Assembly: GCA_002633005.1 (NCBI GenBank) | Contig: NMRA01000516.1 | Coordinates: 37,346-101,345, forward strand | Origin: Phoronis australis | Taxonomy: Eukaryota; Animalia; Phoronida | Reading direction: 5' to 3' | DNA length: 64,000 nt | In this document: positions 32,601 to 44,600 of the stretch, piece by piece | Layout of the letters: the number at the start of each line of letters is the position of its first letter | How positions within the stretch are numbered: position 1 is the first letter of the stretch | Made by a program: the position numbers and the translations under genes | The notes under the pieces: generated by a model | Databases searched by the model: none | Told to the model about the DNA's origin: nothing | What the model saw: the letters and a program-made list of their open reading frames with translations, nothing else

Positions 32601-35600
32601 ATAATGACACTGAAGAAAAAATAGAGATTCATGAAGATTCTAAACCAATAAAAACAACAGAGCCTCCACATTCAAGAAGTTCCGAAAGCAAATTATAGTA
32701 ATGAAGAACAAGAGGACTTAGACTTCAATCTGCAGTATCTTAACATTTCAGGGGATATTGGAACACTTCATCTCCATAGAAGAATGCTACCGATAGTGTA
32801 CTATTTGATCCAACGGGATACAATTTTGAAAACTTTTATCTAGCAAGGCAGATCCAGCATACCTTTAAGTTCAGCCAAGCCCTTTGTTACTTTACTTAAC
32901 ACCACGGCCATACTTTCCACTTCACCGATGTTCACACGACAGCGTCGGTTGATGACATCACCACGCAGCTCCTCAATAGATGCTTCCAAATCACTGTAGA
33001 CATAAGTATGGTGGTATAACTATGGTGGTATAACTACGGTGGTATAACTACGGTGGTATAACTACGGTGGTATAACTACGGTGGTATAACTACGGTGGTA
33101 TAACTATGGTGGTCAATGGTGGTCATATAAATTAACACACACAGTCTGAAAAGGGAAGCATGATGTTACATGTCCTACAAATACAGACCCCTGGTTATTG
33201 TGGAAAGACATTATTTCACATTAATTACCGGCTTGCCAACAAGAACATCCCGGGATCCAATCACAATGAGATCTGAATTCCCACACCATAGTTTTTAAAA
33301 GGAATTAAAACTGCTTTAGCATAGCAGTGGTCGATATGAAAGTATGGGCGGTCAATATGTAGAATTCTTGACATATTTTATAACTTACTTATCTGTCCAA
33401 ACCATAAAATAATGTTCAATGATAACAATTTCATTGTCATGACTTTGTTACTATCCAATGTATAGCATTTAAACATTTAAACATTTAAACAACTGGCTAT
33501 TCACAAATTAAAACAAGATGGAATTGAAGGGCAATTAAATGTCTTAGGATATTCATAATTTTGTGAAGCAGTAACATTCAACAACATTTTTAATTTTGTG
33601 ATTCACGAGATAGAACACCCACGAGATAGGACTCCCACTCTTTGACATGAAATGTGACTAAAAGAGAGATATTTGATTTCTATGGTCTCTAAACCATTCT
33701 CATATGCACTAACGGAAACATGTGGACAACTGAGTCTACTAAAGTGAACAAGATTGATTAACCTGAGTTGATCACTGAGCCTGCTCACTTCTTGCCTATA
33801 CTTGCTCAGTTTGATGTCAGTCTTTTGCCTCAGAGATCTCACTGGGTGGTCATTGCCACCAGGCACTTGCTGAAGCATATCCTGTTGAAAAAGTAAGTTT
33901 TGCTGAGTACAGCAGTGAACAGACAAGAGGCATACCGTGACTTGCTCACTATGGCTAGTCATCTCGGCTCAAGCAATAACATTTTGGGACACCAGTGAAA
34001 CCATTTACAGTAGCAATCATTTTATGCTTGTACAGGTTAAACAAGGTCATCAGAATACTCATGTGAAACTACACCGCCATCTTGCATGACCTCGCTAAAC
34101 TCTCAAGATGCCAGCCTCAATCTAGGACACCACTATCAAGAGGCACAGAGAGAGAATGTTGCCGCCATTAACTGTTGTTGACATGTTAATAAGAATAACA
34201 TGTTGACTGACCACACAAGGTCATTGACATCTGGTGCTACCTGGCTGTGAATGGAGCAAATTTAAGCGCTTGCAAATGATATTTTTGATTTAATGAAGAG
34301 ATGCTCATTTAGGGAGCACTTCAGAGGTTTTGTATAAACAAAGCCTATTTGTCACCCGGGTGCCATCTTGCTTGCTTCCTCTAAGTGCTAAACAACAATG
34401 ACAATGGAGATGACGAGTACAATCTGCAGAACAAGTTTCTCATGAGAAAAGAGAGATCAGGTAATACCACAATATCACACCAGTAAAAGTAGAGCGCATT
34501 GTGATGTACCTTAATTGCATACTCTATCAAAATGGTTGTCACTGAAATGATTGGTCAGTGAAGCTGGAATGTTGAATTATGGAATTATGGGAGTGAACTG
34601 TATTATATAAAGTAAAAACGCTGTTTTTGTTGCATAAGCTGAGGTATCTCAGTGCAAGTGATTCACCAGTGTCTTGTTTTACCATTTCTAAACGGCTAGC
34701 AGAAGAACACCGTCAAAATGTTCCACACAGTTTGTTTACATCTGTCCAAGAGGTCTACAGAGGAGCGCCAATAACCCAAAACACAAGATTGATTTTTTTT
34801 TACATTTTTCGTAATAGCTACAGGTTGAGTAGGAGAGAAGACCTACGATTATTTTATTGAATGTGTCATGGATCATATCTCTCATGGTCTCAGCCTGGGC
34901 CTGATGAATTCTCTTCAAGTTGCGATACTCGCTCTTTAGCTCTTTAGTCTGTTTATGCACATCGTTGATCTTCTGTTGTATCTCTGGACTGATGATTGGT
35001 TGAGGAGTCGAACACGAGCCATCAGAAATACCTAAGGAAACAAAGTACACATCACCACTCTTAGTTTTATACACAAGAATGTGAAATATGCAGGAGTTTT
35101 GCTAATACTAAAGGGAAAGAATAAAGAAAATAAAAAAAGTGAAAGTTGTTTCAATAAATGTTTCATAATTTTTATCTTACTACAGGGCGAATGCCTAAAG
35201 GCAATAAATTCTAAAGTAGATGATTAAACTAACTAACACTGCCATAGGTTATATACACAAACGGGTCTATATGATTACCTTGTAACAAACTGTGTTGATG
35301 ACAGGCATTCCCAAGATATCACGAATGACACAGAACAATACCTCTATACACCAGATGTATGTTAATATTGCTGTTAAACCATTCATTCCCTTTACATTTC
35401 AACAGGAAGCGAATGTAAGTAGAAAACAACACAGGATAGGCAAAGCAATATCAAAAGCAACACAAACAAATACAACTATCAGTCGTGAGGTGACGACATA
35501 AATGTCACAATAACATAATGCTACCAGTGTTCCAAGCCTGCAAAATTATTGACCATCTCTAGGACAGAAATGATATTTCAATCATCAGTGTTGTATTTAT

Positions 35601-38600
35601 TATATCAGCTCCAGGCACTAGACCCTCTGTACCAACTTTCTTCAATGAATAGGAAATGTCAGCTTCTTAGTCTCGATGAGTGACATGAAACAATTGAAAC
35701 ACTGCGACCCATGAACACGTTGGGCCACAACAACTTTACCAGCAACAACGTGTATCGGATCTTTTATAGTTTTAAGAGAAACAATAACTTAATCACTTGA
35801 CACTACGAATACTTTGTTCACCACATTCATTGAACTTTAGTTTCCAGTGGATGCATTTCAGAATAACACTGGTTACAAGCTTTCCTGGGGGACAAGCTTT
35901 CCTCGATGTGACTTAATTATAAAAAGAAATGAATTTTAATGAATTATATTTAATTATCATGTCAGCATGCCTTGAACACATGAAACATGATCAAAAACGT
36001 GAATTTTCGGTTGAAAGGTTGGGAAGCTGGAGGGAGTTGATAGACATAAGCACCAAACAGACAATGCACACAAACTGATAAGCTGTCACAACAACCACGT
36101 TTGTATACCTGAGAGACGTCTTTCTATGTTCATACCTGTGACATTCATGGTTCAAGATTAGGAGATAAAGTAACATGGGGAGATCAGCTTAGTACACATG
36201 AAAAGTTACAAGATCAATCTTTACATGAAGGATTATGTTACAAAAAAAAGTTTAATTAGGTTATGTTGCAACTGAAAATCGCTTTAAAATTCCTATGGCC
36301 ATGACAACTCAATGTGGCTTTGAATCCTGGACCTTAATGTAGTTTGACAGAACATACTTGGACTAAATAACCAAGAAATAATTATACACCACCAAGCTTT
36401 TAAAAGACATCTGTGTCTTTATTTGGAAACTCGATTAACTCTGATTTTTACAACTTAAAGACCAGAAAGTATTACATTTGTGCATGTATGAGAAGATAAA
36501 CTTGAGGCAAATGCAGCGAAGGGAACAACATCTAAGACATGCTAGAAATGACTAATCAGGAAAACACAAGATGATGCAAGACTTTGTGAGATATCAATAT
36601 GTGTTACAAGTGAAGCATGACATTACCAGAAGATGACTGGGGATTGTTCTAAAACCCACATGACCTCAGCACCTCGCGATCCCCGACCCCCTTGACCTAC
36701 GGCCCACATCACCCTCGGCCCAGTCTACAGAAGCATGACTCGATCTAAACATAGACAGCACTGACTTGCAGGACCAACGAGTGAGGCCGTAAGATCCGAT
36801 GGCTTTTCCCTGTTTTTTGGCAATTAAAAGAGTTGAATCGGCAAGTTTGAAAGCCAAAAAATGCGACGAAATCAAATCAATTCAAAGGCCTACCAAAGTT
36901 ACAAATGTCGTTCCCGACAAAGTGTAATCGTCTCGTCTGCTCTTCAGTGGATGTCAGGTTCAAGCTTTTTTGGGAGAGTGCAAGGAACGACAAATACGTA
37001 ATTTCTTCAGTAAATACAGTTTGAAAAAACAAACCAGTAACTAACAAGAGCAACGCGGAGCGTTGGAATGCACCCATGAATGCGCTGCAAACAGTGTGCT
37101 TCTAGGGCGTTTATTTGTATCATAAAAATGGCCACTAGATAGTGCAAAATACTTCTAATCCATCAAAAAACTGGAAAATGTCACCGTTTTTTTAACAGAA
37201 AGCTACTTACATTTCATAAAAATCCGTCAAGAAACTTTAGCAAAACGGAAAAAATGAAATTGCCACTAGGGGACAAAGCATTCATCGGATACGTCTGAAA
37301 GTTCTCGTCTTCCGTTGTCAACGTCATATAAATACACTTGCTAAATATTCTGCAGAGGGCTTAGGAGATAGAGATAAGGGTGAAAAAATGCCACTAGGAG
37401 GCGCCACAGTAATTGAAGCCTTAAAATCATCGTCAACCGTCCTCTTCACACTAACAATATATAAGCCAGTTTTCACAATCATCCTAAGAGTGGTTTGGTT
37501 GACAGAGGGCGGATGCCAAAAACAGACTAGAAAATAATAAAAATGACCACAAGACGGAGCAAAATACGTCGAACCCGTCAGAAAACTGGAAAATGTCATC
37601 ATTTCTTTAAAAGAAAGCTTTTACACAAATTTCATGAAAATTCGTCGATTAACTTCAGCGAAACAGAGGAAAACAGAAAAAATGAAATTGTCACTATGAG
37701 GCAGTGTTAGTCGGACCCGTCTGAAAGTCGTCGTCTTCCCTTGTTAATTTCATATAAATGCACATACTAAATTTAATAAAGATCCTGCAGAGGGCTTAGG
37801 AGATAGAGGTACACCTGGGTGCAAAACAAAAACAAAAATAAAACTGCCACTAGGAGGCGCCACAGTAGTCGAAGTCATCAGAAAAACATCGTCAATTGTC
37901 CTCTTTATATCAAGAACATACATGCTAATTTTCACAATCATCCTTAGAGCAGTTTGGTTGATAGAGGGATGGACGCTAAAAAACAGACTCAAAAAAAAAC
38001 AAGTATAGCGTTGTCTCCCTAACAGATGCCTATATGCCAAATTTTATGAAAATACGATAAGGATCTTTAAGATATAGAGGTAAGCGCAAAAAAGTAAAAT
38101 TGCCACTAGGGGACAAACCGATTGTCAGATCCGTCCGAAAGTAGTCGTCATCCATTGTCAACATCATATAATAAATACATTAACTTGCTAAATTTCATAA
38201 AGATCCGGCTAACGCTTAAGGAGATATGTTTAATAGAACAGCGGCATTGCTAGGCGCACAAGGAACTATTTCCATGACAACCATACCACACTCACAATTC
38301 GCTATTGCTGATGCAACTTTCTGTTTTAAACCACCAGACTTGAGCCAGAGTGGATTCGCGTGTAGGTAAGTCTGATGGGAAAGATATTCAGTGACTTAAT
38401 ATGATTATGAAATTTGTAAAGAGTGCAAAGACACATCTATTGCCACAAATTGTGGGTCGAGGGAGTTGTGAGTCATGGGTGTTGTGGGTCGAGAGGGTTG
38501 TGGGGTGTGCGGGGGTCAACAGGGTTTTAGAACAATCAAACACTTTGTGAGACATCAACATGTATTACAAGTGAAGCATGACTTTACACTATAGCCATCC

Positions 38601-41600
38601 CTCACCAAATTCTTACATCTACGGAACACAAGCAATTTTTTATTATTAAACTTAAAATGCAAGTAGACAGAGGCATTCAAGGAAGAATTGCATGACTATG
38701 ACTCGTGTATGCACGAGGTAACGCATACCTTGAAGGTGGTCCGGCTCTGACTTAGAATAGACAACTTCAGCTACAAATCAAACAGCAATAAGAAAACACT
38801 GGAAATGTGGAAACCACTACAACTAGTGCTGTGACAGATGACAGAAACAACAGATAAACTCAAACAAAGATTATGACAGAAATGAGAGAAATGTAAAACA
38901 TGTGAAGCACACTAGTTCAAAACAAGAATGGAAAATAAACGTCTAGTATAAAGAAAGACGTGATACTGTGTCTAGTATATTAAAGAAAGACGTGATACTG
39001 TATCTAGTATATTAAAGAAAGACGTGATACTGTGTCTAGTATAAAGAAAGACGCAATACTGTGTCTAGTATAAAGAAAGACGCAATACTGTGTCTAGTAT
39101 AATTAAGAAAGACGCGATACTGTAAAAAGACGTGATACTGTAAAAAGACGTGATACTGTGTCTAACCTAAAGAGATGGAATTCTTTGTGTAATCTAAAAT
39201 TCTGGCAAAAAAATCGAATTTTGAAATTCAATAACTGTAACAATGGAGTACAAACTTAAGTGACCCAAGGTTGTTGCAGCCAATGCCTGGAATATTGGCT
39301 ATTACCTTGAAACCATCTTAATATACTCATCTTTTCCCAAGCCTCTATTGTCTGGAATACCAGTCTCATTGTTTTTAAAATATCCCTTACAAATTTTAGT
39401 GGACTCTAATGTGCATGTGGTCATTGCTTTTGTTCTGTTCCACACTATTCTGGCGAACCTCATTGATACTCACTGCTTCTAGGAGTGTAGGAACCATCCG
39501 AGGCACGGTCACTCTCACTGGCAGTTCTAGATCTGGACGACTGGACCCAGGCGGTCAAGTTGGCAATCTGGGCTTCCATACGAGCCATTCTGTTCCTAAA
39601 ACATCATCACATATTGCACTGGAAGTACATGCAAGTGTTTGCTTCAAAAGGCAAAGGGTAAGGGTAGAGGGTAAGGGTAAGGGTACAGGGTAAGGGTACA
39701 GGGTAAGGGTACTTAAGTATTTGGTAAAAGTTTATGAAACTATTGTTTATGCTTGACTCAGCGAGAGTGGAAAAAAAACAAGTAACATTTACGGCATTCA
39801 AATTAGATTTTTCACAATAAGCAGATTATTTTGCAAAGTATCAAATCATTTCTTTAGATACACGTATTACTACAGCTCCAGAATTTTGTACTCAATTCTC
39901 CACTTGCTTGGCACACTCACCTTATTTCACAAATCCAAAAATATTTTGAAAAATGATAGTTTTGCACACAGTCACTCTTGCACTTCGGAAAATATCAATG
40001 CAATGTACCATCATCTCAACTGTGTTAATAAGGTCTGAACATTGAATATTCCTCACTTAAATTACCCAGGCATTCATATGGGACACCTCACGCTGCAGTA
40101 AACATGAGGGGTGACCTGGAGGAATGTTTGCATGACCTAGATGAATGTTTGCATGACCTAGATGAGTATTCGGGTCACTAAAGTACCGTCCACACTATGA
40201 GTTGCCCTAGCACAAGTTACTCCTAGAACCAGCTGTCACCAGATCTACTAGCAGTGTGATCACTGCGGCAACTTGACAAATGTGTGACAACTTACCCTAC
40301 CTTACTTATCGAGGTAGGATAACTTGTTCCAGGGAAACTTGCCCTAGCAGAAGTTGCAATGTGGACGCAAACCTGCAGACAAGGTGGAAGTATTTACCAT
40401 CTATGCACACTTGCTCAGTTACATACTTGCTCGCCAAATTTGTTGTGGACAAGGAGTAGGGTGCATGATATGGATGGTCGGCTAACTGGATACAAGTTAC
40501 TCTAGGGTAACTCATAGTGTAGATTCGAGTTAACAGTCATATTCTTAAAAAATGTTTTAGCAATGATGGGGCACTTGCCTATTAGAACAACTTAAAGAAA
40601 CTTAATTACAGTTAATTGAATCACATTGGCAACTCCTAGGCTGCATTTCATTAAATTCACAGACCAACAGATGGCGATGCTTGGTTGCTCAGTTAATTTA
40701 GCACACCAGACAAACTACGAAGTTTGTAAATTCAGTTGATTTGGCACAAATATCTATGAAAAAATATGTCTGTTTAATTCATTTTGTGCAAAATAAGTGG
40801 AGAATTACAAGAGGTGGCGCTGGTTGGACAAGGTGACAAGTAAATCATGGATAGAGATATCAGCATACATGCTCATAAATATGAGTAGAAAAAGTGAAAT
40901 ATGAGTAGGAAATTAACCTCACTCGAATCGTTTGAACGAGCCAGGAGCAGACGTCTAGCGTTTCTGTTTTTGGTTGTCACTCTTTACCAGTGCAAATGTG
41001 GAACTACAAGTGCAAGATGTGGAAATACGAGCGCAAGATGTGGAAATACGAGTGCAATATGTGGAAATACGAGTGCAAGATGTGGAAATACGAGTGCAAT
41101 GTGTGGAAATACGAGTGCAAGATGTGGAAATACGAGCGCAATATGTGGAAATACGAGTGCAAGATGTGGAAATACAAGTGCAAGATGTGCCGTCACTCAT
41201 ATTTTTAACCAGGCATTTTTGCCTGTGTTGAATGGTGCAAATGAATTGCTAAGAATTACCAAGCCAGTGATTAATGCAACTGAAAACTGACTAAGACATT
41301 TGACACAACAAACCTTAGATTAAATTCAGAAAGAACATGAAAAGTAGAATTTGTAACACTGAAAGTATACAAATCTCCTTTCATGCTGTACTTAAGAAAT
41401 ACTGCATTTAATGAGTGAATCACATAGTTTTCTCAGATCTGCCCACCTGGTCTCAGGGTCAGGGGTGCTGGCCCCTGACCTTATACCATCAGGGTCATAG
41501 ACAGGGTTGTAGCTATCCCCTGTTTGTCCACTGGGGGCAGTAACAGCTGGCTGTTGACTAGCAATGGGCAAGGAAACTGCACGATTCGCCTGAAATAACA

Positions 41601-44600
41601 AACACAAAATTGCATTACTACAGAGAATACACATGTTGGAGTAACTATAGAGAAAGCACAATATACGCATTCACTTGTCAACACAATAGATACATTCATT
41701 TCTCAACACACTTATCACACCTTTTTATAATCCATGCAGTTTTATTCTTTAGAAATTTATCCCAGCTGGGTGGCCACTGTATTCTCTTTTCTTCTGATGA
41801 TGGTGTTAAAATAAATGACATCGAAACATGCCAAGTCGACTTAAAACCGTTGTAACAGTTGTTTTTATTAATATATGCTGCTACTTGCTATCATGGAGAT
41901 CATCAATATTGGACAAAAATAATGAATTTCCCATTTTTCATTCTTCATGGTCTTCTAGCAGTATTGTGAATGCCCACATTTTTTCAAAATATTTTTGATG
42001 GTAGCAATATCAAAATGACACTCTATTACAAGCCAAATCATCAAGTCTGATATCAAGCAATATCAACCTTCCAGTCCATCTCAAGTTCAATAATCATCTC
42101 TAATCTCCATAAGGAACAAGTTAAGTGCACTAAATCAAAAATTCTTTTTGATAGAAGACAGGTATATAGGACCGTTAAATACACAGATAACCACCCACCT
42201 TTCTACTTCCCTCTGTGTTGGCATGGTAACTGGATGACCGTCCAATAATATTCCTACTTCTGTGAGCAGCTTCAAACTCTGGTTCTGAGAAGTAGGTGTC
42301 CAAATCATCAACGTTGGTTTCATGAACCTGTTTTGCTGGGTTGGCTGGTACGTACATGTGCTGTAAGGGGGCTCCACTGTCATCCTCGTAAAGGTGTAGT
42401 ACACAACGGTCATGGACTTGCCTGTTAAAAATAACACAAAGTAATTATCTTGAGTACTCATCTGGTGAAGGTGGCTATAGGCGTTTCGGACATTTGCTGG
42501 TGGAGATTGGATTTGCTAAAAATGTTTGTTTTTTGTGTAAATATATATACCACATTACTTTTTATCCAAACACTTATGGCAGCTGGTCCAGGAAATACTG
42601 GTCTACTTAATTTCAAAAGGTCAGGCACTTCTCAACTCATTAACAAGGGAACAATCCAGTGTTGACATTTAGCCTTTTTGTCAAATTGATGACAGCAATG
42701 TGACTTACAATGCAACAGTATAAGTATGTCTGCATTACAATGAAGAAAAGAGATAATGACCAGTACATTTGCATGTAAAGAATTAAATACAGTTTAAGAA
42801 AAGAGATAATGACCAGTACATTTGCATGTGAAGAAGGACTCAAGTGCTTAACACAGGTATTGCACTGTGGGTAAATGCCTTAGAATAAGAATGGTGCAGG
42901 ACGAGTCTATTCAATTTGAATGGCAAAGTCTTACCTTGTGCCTTGAAGCTGGTCATAAGTCTGTGTGCTCCGATCCAACATGTATAAATGATATTACATC
43001 AAAAGTCTTACCTTGTGTCTTGAAGCTAGTCATAAGTCTGTGTGCTCTGATCCAACATGTATATATGATATTACATCAAAAGTCTTACCTTGTGTCTTGA
43101 AGCTAGTCATAAGTCTGTGTGCTCTGATCCAACATGTATATATGATATTACATCAAAAGTCTTACCTTGTGTCTTGAAGCTGGTCTAAGTCTGTGTGCTC
43201 TGATCCAACATGTATATATAATACTACATCAAAAGTCTTACCTTGTGTCTTAAAGCTAGTCTAAGTCTGTGTGCTCCGATCCAACATGTATATATAATAT
43301 TACATCAAAAGTCTTACCTTGTGTCTTGAAGCTGGTCATAAGTCTGTGTGCTCCGATCCAACATGTATATATAATACTACATCAAAAGTCTTACCTTGTG
43401 TCTTAAAGCTAGTCTAAGTCTGTGTGCTCCGATCCAACATGTATATATAATACTACATCAAAAGTCTTACCTTGTGTCTTGAAGCTGGTCATAAGTCTGT
43501 GTGCTCTGATCCAACACGTATATCTTTCTCCAGGGAGAGTTCAAGAATTGCATTGTTAATTTGTCGGGGAATGAGCGCACAAAAAGGGCTTTAATTGTGT
43601 CGACGTGCGAAACCTCATTTGGTAGAAGGGCGCGTCTTGTCTGACCTCGGTATACAAGGAACACTAGACCACCTACAGAGTAAAGAACAATCACTGTTCA
43701 GTAGTTTGCGCCACTTTAGGTGCTGTCCACACAGCGAATTACTCAAGAAAAAGTTACCGCTTTGGAATGAGTTGTTGCTACATGTAGGTTTAGCAATTCC
43801 AATATTTTGGTAGTATTAACACACGTATGACAAATAAATTGACGTTACTGAAGTAGGGCAACTTGTTCCAGGGTAATTTGCTCCTGTGCAAGTTGCAGAC
43901 CGATGGCAAACCTATTGTTGAGGTGGAAGAAATCAACAGCTGTGTGCTTGCTGAGTTACATACCTACAGGCACTGTCATTTTGGCCCTATACTTTTTTTT
44001 AATCATAACAATATTTTATTATCTTCACCATGCAATCTGTAACCACATGGTGGGCAACCAGCCAAAAAGCCAACAGGAAAAATGCAAATAATCAGCCAAC
44101 TTTCTTGCAAACTTTCATACGGACAAACAGATAATTTGTGTAGTGTCACAAGAAGTCAGATACGTAGCATGGTTGCTCAGCTGATTGGGTTGAGAAGATC
44201 TGGGGTAAGTAGTATTAAGGTGAAGTCGCAGTGTGGATATGATTATCTTTTAGATAATACCTTGTTGTTTTTGTACTAGTACTGACTTAAATTAAGTTAA
44301 TAGATGTTTTATTTTCTCAGACTGAAGTTGGCTGAAAAATTGGATGTGTCCACAACAGGACAACAACATGCTGTCTTGTCATGAGTGGTCATGAATTACT
44401 ATAATGTAATGCAAGTTTACAGAACAACAAAAATGGCCTTTATCATTATTATAATAATAATTATTATTATTTAAAGTATTACAGTTCCCAAGATCGAGGT
44501 CTCATTTCATTCACTTTCCTGGTGAAGGGCACATTTTGTGATACAAGTCAAGCTCATTTCCAGAAGAAAGGTTTTTGAATATGTTGAAAACCTACCGACA

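Noticed and set aside
39655-39712. GGGTAA/GGGTACA run as an interstitial telomere
   Set aside because: Not TTAGGG or TTAGG; short and irregular, so treated as simple low-complexity sequence.
40901-41290. Repetitive ORFs (CGNTSAR, MWKYECK) and a possible exon at 40918-40982
   Set aside because: The ORFs arise from a 21-bp minisatellite. The candidate exon lacks a pyrimidine tract and phase-compatible splice sites.
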